A stretch of 63,799 nt of DNA, the filler included, from Reclinomonas americana ATCC 50394 (taxonomy: Eukaryota): assembly GCA_048213135.1 (NCBI GenBank). It is 6 parts of 5 records of this genome, joined end to end, with 100 filler letters (N's around TTAATTAATTAA, not from the genome) between each part and the next. Parts side by side here need not be neighbours in the genome. Positions count along the whole stretch, not along the records: positions 10,262 to 32,547 come from PS015320.1; 5 more parts are not named here. One strand, given 5' to 3'. Under the pieces are notes generated by a model that saw only the letters and a program-made list of their open reading frames with translations, had not been told where the DNA came from and made no database searches. The position numbers were made by a program, and so were the translations under genes. This document shows positions 13,344 to 24,605 of this stretch, in pieces. Each line of letters begins with the position of its first letter. Position 1 is the first letter of the stretch.

Positions 13344-15215
13344 GTTCTTTTTCTTTTTCTCTCTTTTTGCTCTTCTTTCTCTCACTCACTCGACACACTT
13401 TTTTGTTCAGTGTGTGAGAAAAGTGTATTTTCGAAAACAGTTCAGTTTTCCCCAGCAGTGGTGTTCCTCAGTCAAGGCCGTGTGAGCAGACACAGACGCG
13501 GTGTGATAAGTGAGGATGCGAAACGGATTGCAATTCTACGTGTTCTCTCTCCTCTCTCGATAGCGGTTGTGTCGAATCGGGAAGGTAACGGCCGCACCAA
13601 TTGTTCGGATTGCTTTCGATTATGAAAACTGGGGAATGAAGTTCGCATGGTGGGGCGGACTCATTGCAGCGGGCGAATGAGGTGACAGCTGTGGTTCTTG
13701 GTCACCTTCGCTGATGTTTGGGCTTGCGCTGAAGGGGAGCATGTCGAAGTAGAATCGATATCGATCGAATTCGATAAATTGCATATTGTGCAGGCACATG
13801 TGGCCCAATCGTTCTGTGCGTCAAGTTTAAGCTGCACCGGGTCACGGGCGGGTGGAAGATGTCGCAGTGGTTGGAATAGAGGAGAGTAGCGAACAATAAG
13901 TCGAGCACCCTGACTTCAGAGAGCAAGCCAACTGGTCGGTACTTTACTGTGGTGATCGCCGGGTCTCTCTGAAGTCGTAGGCAAAGAGTAGCTACGTGGA
14001 GCGACTCGCAGGGCACTATTCGAACTCGACATTCAGAACCCGATTACCAGATTTGCGGGCAAAGCTTTGCGTGTACACAAATAATTCCACTGCATTGCTT
14101 GCTTCACGGATCCGAACCCGGTTCTGTTTTGCTTGCCTGGCTCTGGCCTTTTCCAGAATTCGATCTGCGACCGCAGAAAACGCTTTGCGTCTATGCCAGT
14201 CAAACCCACTGTTCAACCACGTGCACGCTTCCTACGGTGAAAATCGAAGTTCTCAACTTGTTCGAAGCTCCGAGAGCTCTCCTGACTACGTTTGGAGAGA
14301 GTTCCGTATTTGAGCTTGCTCCACACTTATCAGTCTCGACAACCAATTGTAGTGTCCTCTACTGCCACCACCAGTCCACCACTGGACAGCACCGTCACTA
14401 ACGTGGCACTCTCTACTCGACTCAACACCGACAGCGATGCACCCCAACCACAACCGACTTATCGGAAGTGCCAACCAGGTGGCTTGCTCTCGTAAGAGAG
14501 GAAGCCTACAGAAGCAAGGAACTGAAGGAGAGGACACTACAGTTATGGATTGTCCTCGACTTCGTGTTCCGCAGCTCAACACTTCCATCATGAACACCTA
14601 CAAGAAACCCTTCCGCTGCCGTCGAGACTTTGCGACCATGCTATAAATCTGGTTGGACCCGGCCGTCAAGACAGCTGTCGCGATCGGCAATTGTTGTCGC
14701 GTTCAGTTCGAACGCACTGCGGACACCGTAAAATCTGCAGCAGCCGAAACAGACAGATATCTTGGATGGCTGGCCTTGCGCCAAGGAGACTATCACTTGT
14801 AGCCGGCCATGGTCGATGCTGGCGCTGAGCATCCGGATCCACGTGCACATACGCAGATCCGGATTCGAAATTCGAACACAATCATGAATTGACCCGACAT
14901 TGGCGCTGCACTTTGCTTCCCGTGCACATACGAGGTGCTCACTGGAGATAATGTAGTTACAGAACCTTCCCGATAAACGCACACCAAAAACCAAAGCGAA
15001 ATTGCGTTCAATGACTCACACGTGCACTTCATCGTCCGCGCGCGTGCGAGTCGTGCACACCTCCGAGGGGCCCTCCGTGAGACACCTATATAATGTCCAC
15101 TGGTGCAGCCATGACGAATGCCAGCAGCTCCTCGTTATCTCCACGTCGTGTCAAGGCACCTCCACTCACNNNNNNNNNNNNNNNNNNNNGATTATATGTT
15201 CTCTATGAGCAGAGT

Positions 15216-18200
15216 ATGGCAACTGCCGCCAAGAGTGGACGGTCGAGTCCACTGGCGCCGTCGGTGAGTCATGCGCGGGGTCGTATTGCTGCTGTGCAGG
15301 CGCCCACCGTGTATTGTGCTGTGCAGAGTCGCGGCACTTCTCGATCGCCGACGCACGTGCGTGCTTTTACAAATCTCTCACACACACGCATACACACATA
15401 CGCACTCGACTGTAGTAGAGGGTAGGCGAGTTGGTACACCTTGTGTATTGTGCTCTCTCTCTCTCACTCACGCGAACACATGCGACTGCAGTAGAGGGCA
15501 GGCGTGTTGTTACGCCGTGTGAATCGCACACGGTGTGCAAGCACGTTTTTGTCACCCTCTCTCTCTCTGTGTGTCTTTTAAACGACTATAGTTGACGGCA
15601 GGCGTGTAAGTTTGCCTTGTGTATCACGCACAGTTTCTGTACTCTCTTTCTCTCTCGCACACGACTTTAGTGGAGCGCAGGCGACTAGGCACGCCCCTGT
15701 ATGTTCTGCACGATGAATGGGCATACACTTTCTTGTGTTCACACGCACTCAAAACTTTCTCGACCGACCTGGGCATCACACTGACTCCTCATTTCTGCAC
15801 AGTCGTCCGCGGTTGTGCCACCGAAATTGATTTGGCCAAAGGGCCAGCCGCCGACGTCGGACGATGGTGACACGGGTCGTCGAGTTGCGTGGTAGTGTGC
15901 TAAAAAGCGATGGTGAATACGCGTTATTGTTCACCCCGAGTTTCGTATCGCAGGCTCGCTCCGCGGAGCCAAGACCACGTGCTGTGGTTTCGGTGAGTGC
16001 TTGTTCATGTATCTCTTCTCTCCTGCCACTCGCACTCATCCTCCTTCTGTCTCTTCCCGCGCAGAAACGAACGGCCAGCAGATCCCCTGTTCCCAGCAAG
16101 GATAAGGTTCGCTCATCGTCTCTCTCCCCCTCGCCGCTCTCCCTCTCTCATCGCTTTCCCGGACGCAGAGGAAGCTCCCGCCTCCCATTATGCCTCGCGA
16201 TCATTCACCGCCACCACCAGTCGCCCCGCGCGCTGCCTCTGTGCCTCTCGTTCTCGACGACGGAGAGTCGCCGGTTGCCGTGCCGCATCTTCCCGCTCCA
16301 GTGGCGCACGCCATTGCTGCTGCATTTGCACCTCGAGAAGAGCTACCGTGCCCGCCGCCACCACCGCCACCACCGGCGGATTCTACTCCCGCTGTCGCTG
16401 CCGTCAGTGTGACCGAACCAGTCGCAAGTGAGCCGACTGCTGTAGTCGCTGCAAACGAGTCGGAAGCCGCCGCGCCGAGTGGACACGACGATGCCGCCGC
16501 TGCAAGCGAAGAGGTGTGCCGTCTCATGTGTGCCCGACTACCGGTTGCTGCTCACCCGCCACAGACCGTCGAAACCGCGATTGCCGTCTCCACGCCGACC
16601 AATGCTGACTCTGTTGAGGCGTCCAAATCGCCACCATCGCTGCTGCCGCCTCCGCCACCACTTGCACACATTGCCAGTTTGCCGGCGTTGCCGGCCAGCA
16701 CGCTCGGCGAGATTGCCTGGGGCATGAGCGAGCCGCCAAAGTCACTCCTCGGTGCTCTGCCGTTTGCTGTCAGTTTGAAGGTTCGCACGTCAGCGAGACT
16801 CCTTTTTTGTGTATGTGTGTTGCTCACGCCTCCATTGCCTGCCATTCAACTAGGTGGCACAACCGGTATCCAGACCAGTGTCTGCTGGAAAGCAGCGACC
16901 GAAACCGGATCCGAGTGCTGCTGCGGAGGTGAGGTCAATCTCACGTCTGCAATGACCGTGTGTCACTCACCGATGTGGCCCGTCTGCTACAGGCGACACC
17001 TCCTCTCATTCGTCATCTGTCTGCGAGTGCCAGTAGGCGTGCGAGTGTCGCCGATCCCAAGGTTTGTCGCTATTTTTTCGCCCCCGCTCCACCCCCGCTG
17101 GCCTGCTGAGTCTGTGAGCCCAATGTGCAGAGTTTCCGACTTGGAGGCTCAGCGGGATCCTCGACGAGTCACAGCCGACGGAGCAGCATCGCCCCTGCTG
17201 CTGAGGTATGCAGTTCGCAGTCGCTCACAAAGGAAGACTTTGCTGTGCATTTACTCAGCGCTCATGTTCGTCAGTTGGAGGGACGCTCCGGACAATCGTC
17301 GGGCAGTCACAGTAGGCAAGGCAGTGCCATTCCGGCCGCTCATCATCATCAGCAGCAGCAACAACAGGTGGAGCATCAGGAGGTGGGAGTGGCTGCAGTG
17401 GAGTCGGAGGTATTGCTGGGGAGAGGCTGTTTGTGTGAGGATGAATTTTTCGCCTCACATCGTCCTTCCCAAGGTAAAGCGGGTTCGTGTGGACGACGTG
17501 GTTCCGTCAGTCGGTGAAACGGTGTGTTGCCGTCTGTATACTCTTTTTACCCGCTATTCATGGCGACTTACGACTCCGAGTTGCAGGGAGAGGAAGTGGC
17601 AGCTGACGAGAAGGTCGGTCATGCAGCACTTGGTTATCTTGGTCATTATATCATTCACTCACCGCAAGTTGTTGCCAACCAGCCACTCGGCGCTGCTGAC
17701 ATTCAGGTTTGCCTTCATTTTTCCTGCCTTCTCTGTCTCATTTCTTCGGCGACTGACATGCAGCTCGTTTGTTCGTGCCACAGCCGTCGGCTGGCAATGA
17801 CGAGGTTTTTACTGTCTTCTTCTATGACCACTCCCCACGTTGTTACAGCTTGCACTCATGTTTGTGATCTTCTTGCAGCATGCTCCTCCTGCTGCCGGAG
17901 TGGAGAAGAAGAAGCGCGCAGAGCCGGCGCCATTGCATTCACCGCCGCCGCCCCCAGAGGTTTGCTACTCGAGAAAGTTGACCACCAGCCGTGTCGCTCA
18001 TCACTGCTTTTCCCCCGTTCATTGCAGGATGTGGGCGCGCTCATGGACACGCTTAACTCGGCACTCGTGGAGCGCAAACGATTCTTGCGCCATCGCTCGC
18101 TGTCGCCCAAGTCGCACGCTCGGAGCACGGTTTCTTCCGCCAATGCCGCTGCCGGCAACACCGAGAGACGGCGCAGCACTCAAAAGTCTCCGGGTCCGTC

Positions 18201-19387
18201 CACCGCTGTTGCAGCTGCAGACGAGGAGGAACGTCGCGGAAGGGCAGCCGTTGAGCGCCGTCGCAGCACTCAGAAAAGTCCAGCGGCGCCGGAGGCAATT
18301 CAACGACGCGCCTCGCAGAAATCACCGGGCCCCAGGCCGTCAACACGGCGAGTTGCCTCCCCGCCGCCGCCACCGCCGCCGCCAACAGCGGCGCGCGTTG
18401 AACAGGTTTGGTTATATGTGCGCGCGCGCCCCATCCCATGTGTGTGTATTTAAGGTGTGCTCATGCACTATCGTCTACTCAGCGTCGTCCGCTGGAAAAG
18501 TCCAAGTCAGCACCGCGCGACCTTGCCTCCCGTCCCGCTTCTGGTAAATCCACGACTTCGACCACAACGACACCGACTGCCGCAGCTGCTTCTCCGCCGC
18601 CGGCACCGACCTTGGTGTTTGTCGATGACCAGCCCAAGGCTGACATGAAGGGTCAGCCGCTGAATATGCTGCCGCTGCCTGTTCGCACACTTGTTGCGTC
18701 TATGAACCATTCTGTTGGTAGGATGCAGCAAGTTTGTGACTTTTTTTGTTCATGCAGATGGAGGACTTTGCAAACGACAAGACGTGGCGGCTGGCTGTGG
18801 CGCAAAAGGGCGCCAAGAGCCCATCGGCAGTCTCGCCGAGTCACTCACCGCGACCTGTGGGCGTCCTCTCGCGTTCGCCCACGCGCTCGGCGGTGCCGCG
18901 TTCGTCGCCAACCATGGCCAATGGAGCCGCCACTCCGCCACAGTCGGTCTCGCAGCGCAGTACGCCGTCGGTAGCCGATCCGCTCTCTCCTCGACGCGCC
19001 CCTCTGTCACCCGGACAGGCCAGAAGGCCCATGTCCCCCACCAATGTGCCGTCGGTGGTGGCCTCGAAGCGAAGTAGCACGAAGACTGCTGCGGATGCTT
19101 CGAGTCGTGTCACCAAGTGGAGTGTCGATGCAGTGGTGCGTGTGCGCGTGGCCAAAGTCTGCATGTCTCTTGTCTCTCTGTCTCACGCATTCGTGTGTCG
19201 CAGCGAGCACTAAAACCGACACAACCAAACGCTGCATCTGGAAGCGCGAAGTCGTTGCGTCGCGTGCTTGTTCCGTTGCAGCCCTCTGAAGCCCCCACCA
19301 CTTGATTGTGCAACTGACCTGCGTGTGTCTGTGGGTGGGTGTGGCAGTCCGGTGAAAATCATTTCAGAAAAGGACTCTGATCAGTGA
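15216..19387 (+). CDS. Pro/Ser/Ala-rich low-complexity protein of unknown function (~18 exons)
   Basis: MATAAKSGRSSPLAPS|SSAVVPPK...SPVKIISEKDSDQ* splices in frame through short GT-AG introns. Many SP/RxS motifs, no recognisable domain. Confidence 0.75.
15407..15700 (+). repeat. Degenerate ~75-100 bp intronic minisatellite, 4 units
   Basis: Core CGACTnnAGTnGAnnGnAGGCG at 15407, 15483, 15583 and 15662, with related downstream sequence. Confidence 0.7.
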
Positions 19388-19431
19388 ACAATCAATGATT
19401 ATGTTGCACTCTTCTGTGCGCTCAATCTTTA

Positions 19432-22400
19432 CTATGCGGGTTCTGCGGGGGCTAGCCGGCACGTCCTGGCTGCTGTGGTGGCGTCGGGATCCACGTAGCG
19501 CAGCCCCGGCCACGAGTTGGCCTCCCATCTCGGCGTGTCCTTGATGTACCAGTCGGGATACTGCGCAACGTCGGCAGAGGTGGCCCCCGTGATGTCGACC
19601 AGCCGCTTGGCATCCTCCTGCAGCGGGAATGGATGGAGCGCCGCGTACTGCAGCACCATCTCGTGGAGGAACGCCAGGACGGCGTCTTCGGAGAGCATGT
19701 GTAGCACAAAATCACGTCCGGCCTTGGCGATGCGCTCGGCCACCTCCGGGTGCGCCTCCAAATAATGCAGCTTGTCGAAAAGATCGCGGCCGTCCCATCG
19801 AAACGGCACATAGTGCACCCACGGTTGCAAAAGCGGGCGATGGAAATCCTCGTGCAACGATTCTTGCATAAACACCACTGATCCGCAGGCGAACAGGTAC
19901 TTGTTGCTGGTGGGGAAGAGTGCTGAGGAAAAAGAGGGAAAGGGCGAGTGCGACTTCCCTCACAAACCGTGCGGTCCACGTGAAACCCTCCATGGTGACG
20001 AGATATCTGTGGCCGCCGGCTGAAGTCAGGAGCATGGTGAGCGGGGGAAAGGAAGAGTGGGGACGACGCAACTTGTACTTGCAGTGATCGAATACGGTGA
20101 CGTAGTTGGGCTCGCCCTTGACACTGCACAGGCGCGATAAATACACTGTTGCAAATACGCTGGCCAGTGACGACGCAACTCCTTCCCCTGATCGAAAGCC
20201 TTGCCGACGTTGGTCCACTCCATCGACACCTCGTGCTCCTTCAAATCGCCCCGCTCAATCATCTGTCGCACGTTGTCCATGACGACCTTGCGTCGCGTCG
20301 GTGGTCCCGTGCGACCCACATCCTTGCCGCGCCAAAAGAGAATCGGCTTGCGCTGCGCAAGGGGGATGGCGTCGCGTTCCATGCGCGGCAACACTCCCGT
20401 CCAGAAGGCCGGAATGAACGAGGTTTGCCAGTGAAAGAACGCAAAGTCTGGCATCAGCACGTCGTGCTGCGTGCAGCGAAAGGGTGAGACGGGTTTGGAG
20501 GAAGAGGGCGGCGGCACGGATGAGAGACCTCTTCCAGCGTCCGCGATTGCGAGAGTACAATAGGGATCTGCGAGAAGAAGTGAGCGACACGAGGATGAAG
20601 AAGAGGGAGGGGGAGAGTGGAGTGGAGCGTACCGGTGCCAGGTGAAACTCGTGCTTGAGAATGACAGCCGGGTCGTCAATGTTGATGGGCAAGTCAAAGT
20701 CGGGCGTGTCGCGGTACTTTTCCAGCATGCGCAGGAGGAGCCACAGCATGCCTTGTGGCCGACACTCAATGCCTGCGACCACGAGCACTCTGAAGATGTC
20801 ACTCAAAGTAGTGTGTGCACGAACACCCTCACCTCGTTGCACCGACCATCCCAATCGCCCGTCGCGTTTCTGCAGTCGCACTCCTCGTCCCCAGTACACT
20901 CCGCGATTCAGCGCAGTCTCGTGCACCTCCGCAGTCACCTCAACGCCCTGCGTGCATGAGGTGAGGGAGGAGAAGGAGTGGGAGGAAGGGAGAAGGAGTG
21001 GGAGAAAAGGAGAAGGAGTAGAGAAAGACATAACAGGGCAAAGGAGGAGAAGGAGCGGTGGGAGACAAGCAGAGAAGGGAGCAGGGCAATGAGAGACAGG
21101 GGCGAGAGGAGTGAGAGACTTGAAGAAGGAGAGGAGAGACAGAAGAAAGGGGACAGGGAAAGGATAGGAGGCGAGGGATAGGGGCGAGAGGTGAGAGAGT
21201 CTAAGAGACGAAAACAGGGCAAGGGATGAGAAAGACGAGAGAGACAGGAAGAAAGGCGAACAGGGCAAGGGAGGAGACAGCAAGGAGCAAGAGGTGAGAC
21301 AGGGAGAAGGAGTGGAGAGAAACAGCGAAGGGCCAGTGTAAGAGTGGAGAAGGAGTGGAGGGAGACAAGAAGAGGGGCAACAAGACAAGCGAGGAGACAG
21401 NNNNNNNNNNNNNNNNNNNNNNNNNNNNNNNNNNNNNNNNNNNNNNNNNNNNNNNNNNNNNNNNNNNNNNNNNNNNNNNNNNNNNNNNNNNNNNNNNNNN
21501 NNNNNNNNNNNNNNNNNNNNNNNNNNNNNNNNNNNNNNNNNNNNNNNNNNNNNNNNNNNNNNNNNNNNNNNNNNNNNNNNNNNNNNNNNNNNNNNNNNNN
21601 NNNNNNNNNNNNNNNNNNNNNNNNNNNNNNNNNNNNNNNNNNNNNNNNNNNNNNNNNNNNNNNNNNNNNNNNNNNNNNNNNNNNNNNNNNNNNNNNNNNN
21701 NNNNNNNNNNNNNNNNNNNNNNNNNNNNNNNNNNNNNNNNNNNNNNNNNNNNNNNNNNNNNNNNNNNNNNNNNNNNNNNNNNNNNNNNNNNNNNNNNNNN
21801 NNNNNNNNNNNNNNNNNNNNNNNNNNNNNNNNNNNNNNNNNNNNNNNNNNNNNNNNNNNNNNNNNNNNNNNNNNNNNNNNNNNNNNNNNNNNNNNNNNNN
21901 NNNNNNNNNNNNNNNNNNNNNNNNNNNNNNNNNNNNNNNNNNNNNNNNNNNNNNNNNNNNNNNNNNNNNNNNNNNNNNNNNNNNNNNNNNNNNNNNNNNN
22001 NNNNNNNNNNNNNNNNNNNNNNNNNNNNNNNNNNNNNNNNNNNNNNNNNNNNNNNNNNNNNNNNNNNNNNNNNNNNNNNNNNNNNNNNNNNNNNNNNNNN
22101 NNNNNNNNNNNNNNNNNNNNNNNNNNNNNNNNNNNNNNNNNNNNNNNNNNNNNNNNNNNNNNNNNNNNNNNNNNNNNNNNNNNNNNNNNNNNNNNNNNNN
22201 NNNNNNNNNNNNNNNNNNNNNNNNNNNNNNNNNNNNNNNNNNNNNNNNNNNNNNNNNNNNNNNNNNNNNNNNNNNNNNNNNNNNNNNNNNNNNNNNNNNN
22301 NNNNNNNNNNNNNNNNNNNNNNNNNNNNNNNNNNNNNNNNNNNNNNNNNNATAGGAGCGAGAGGTGAGAGACAGGGAGAAGGAGTGGAGAGAAACAGTGA

Positions 22401-23387
22401 AGGGCCAGTGTAAGAGTGGAGAAGGAGTGGAGGGAGACAGGAAGAGAGGAAACAAGACAAGCGAGGAGACAGATAGGGGCGAGAGGTGAGAGAGTCTGAG
22501 AGACGAGAACAGGGCAAGAGAGGAGAAGGAGCGGAGAGAGACAAGAAGAAAGGCGAACAGGGCAAGGGAGGAGGCAGACAGGGGCTGACGGGTGAGAACC
22601 AGGGTGAGAGGGAAGAAAGGCACGGAGAAGAGAGTCACGGAAGCCTCCACTCCTTCGCCCATGCATCTCTCTATGCCTCTCGCACCCTTCCTCTCCTTCA
22701 TTCTCTCTCAGTCTCAGTCAAGCTGCCTCGTTTCTATGTTGCTCTCTCTCTCTCTCCCCTTGCATCTCTCTCTCTCTCTCTCTCCCCATACCTTGCATCT
22801 CTCCCTTGCATCTCTCTCTCCTTCCCCCTCCCTCTCTCCCCCACTCACCCTCTCTCTCCACGGAGCAAAGTAATACCTCGCCAACTGCCTCGCCAGTCTC
22901 TCATACGTCTCACTGTTGCCACTCTCAAAGCTCCACAGAGAGGCACANNNNNNNNNNNNNNNNNNNNNNNNNNNNNNNNNNNNNNNNNNNNNNNNNNNNN
23001 NNNNNNNNNNNNNNNNNNNNNNNNNNNNNNNNNNNNNNNNNNNNNNNNNNNNNNNNNNNNNNNNNNNNNNNNNNNNNNNNNNNNNNNNNNNNNNNNNNNN
23101 NNNNNNNNNNNNNNNNNNNNNNNNNNNNNNNNNNNNNNNNNNNNNNNNNNNNNNNNNNNNNNNNNNNNNNNNNNNNNNNNNNNNNNNNNNNNNNNNNNNN
23201 NNNNNNNNNNNNNNNNNNNNNNNNNNNNNNNNNNNNNNNNNNNCGTCGACGAAGTTGTTGTCTTGCTGATGAAACCGAGTGGATTGTGACTCAGTGAGGA
23301 GGATGAAGGCTGCACAGTCCACATCCAGGCGGTGAAGGCGACACAGAGGAGCACAGCACCGAGGAGAACTCGTCTCAGAGAGACCAT
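19432..23387 (-). CDS. Glycosyltransferase family 90 (CAP10/POGLUT-KDELC-like), type II membrane protein
   Basis: N-terminal anchor VLLGAVLLCVAFTAWMW. Motifs PDFDLPINIDD, DVLMPDFAFFHW, LFWRG, DHCKYKYLVTMEGFTWTARNKYLFACGSVV, LQPWVHYVP and AERIAKAGRDF. Confidence 0.92.
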
Positions 23388-24166
23388 TTTTTCGATATCG
23401 ATGTCGAGACTTGTCCTGTGCGCGCTTGCAAGGTGCAGTTCTTCGCTGCTTGTGCTGTTTGCCTTGTACTACACGCACCCTCTGCAGTCTCTCCGGCAGC
23501 TAGCGCTGTCACGTGCAGTGACCAATATTAATTGCAATTACAAGAAGTCTTTCCATGCGCAGGACATGGTTTAGGATGACCAGACAGCAGGTCGAAGATG
23601 CGTAGAATGGGGGAAATGAGTTGTGTTACATGCTTCTCTGAGATGTGAGCTTCGGAATTGATATCTGGCGAGGAACTTCGCCATCGACGTCGACAACTGC
23701 ATTCGAAGTCCAGTTTCTGCACAATCGATTTTATGCTGGTCACTACAGTAGAGTATCGACCTGATGGCTTGCTCTCCGAGTAAAGGAAGCCAACAGAAAC
23801 GAAACGATAAGGAGAGGACAGAAGATCTCGCTGCAATTTTGCAAGTCACCTTGAGTTTTCCTCTCGATGCTAATTCGCTGTCCTCTTTCAAAGCAGGGTG
23901 GCAGGTGGACGAGTGGCATATCTAGGTTGTACTCCGGAAGCAGCTGGCCATGCCGATGCACTTCTGCCTGCAAACGTCGATCGCGAATTCGCGATAGAAT
24001 TCGAACGCATTGGCAATCTGTAAGTTAGGGAATTCAACGTGGCCTCCCAGCGATCCCTGCTGTTTCTATACTGCCCCCCGAGCTACTCATGATACGCATC
24101 ACAGCGACGAGAGTGGCAGTGCGTTCGGTCGTAGTTTTTGTAACGGATAGTTATTTTTTCGTGTTG

Positions 24167-24552
24167 ATGGAGAAAAGGCGAGTGGATGTCGAGGCAAACG
24201 GCGACAGTGATGACTTCTGTGGCGTGACCTCTTCAGCTTCGTGCAATGAATGGGACGCGCTGTGGCGGCTGCCTCAGAGGCGATCACACGAGGGAGGATT
24301 GTGTTTTGCGCTTGCGGTGTTGTTGATGGTGGTGTTTGTGGCATTGTTTATTGGTTTGGCGTGTGTGGGAGGTGAGTGTGGGGGAGGGGGAAGGGAGGGT
24401 GGTAGAGAGAGGGAGGGAGAGGGGAGAGGGGAGAGGGGAGAGGGAGAGGGAGAGGGAGAGGGAGAGGGAGGGTGTGAGAGAGAGTGGAGAGAGGAGAGAG
24501 AGAGAGGTGAATAGGAGATTGAGATGGAGGACGAGAAGCCACAGGCAGGTAG

Positions 24553-24605
<53 letters not shown>

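Noticed and set aside
15407..15700. CRISPR-like repeat-spacer appearance
   Set aside because: The repeats are degenerate, the 'spacers' resemble each other and vary in length, it lies in a eukaryotic intron, and there are no cas genes. It is a minisatellite.
14490..23810. TAA aligned to Glu codons in the relic repeat copies, hinting at stop-codon reassignment
   Set aside because: No in-frame TAA/TAG/TGA was needed in any conserved gene model, and genes end in TAG, TGA or TAA. The relics also carry TGA and TAG stops and frameshifts, consistent with decay.
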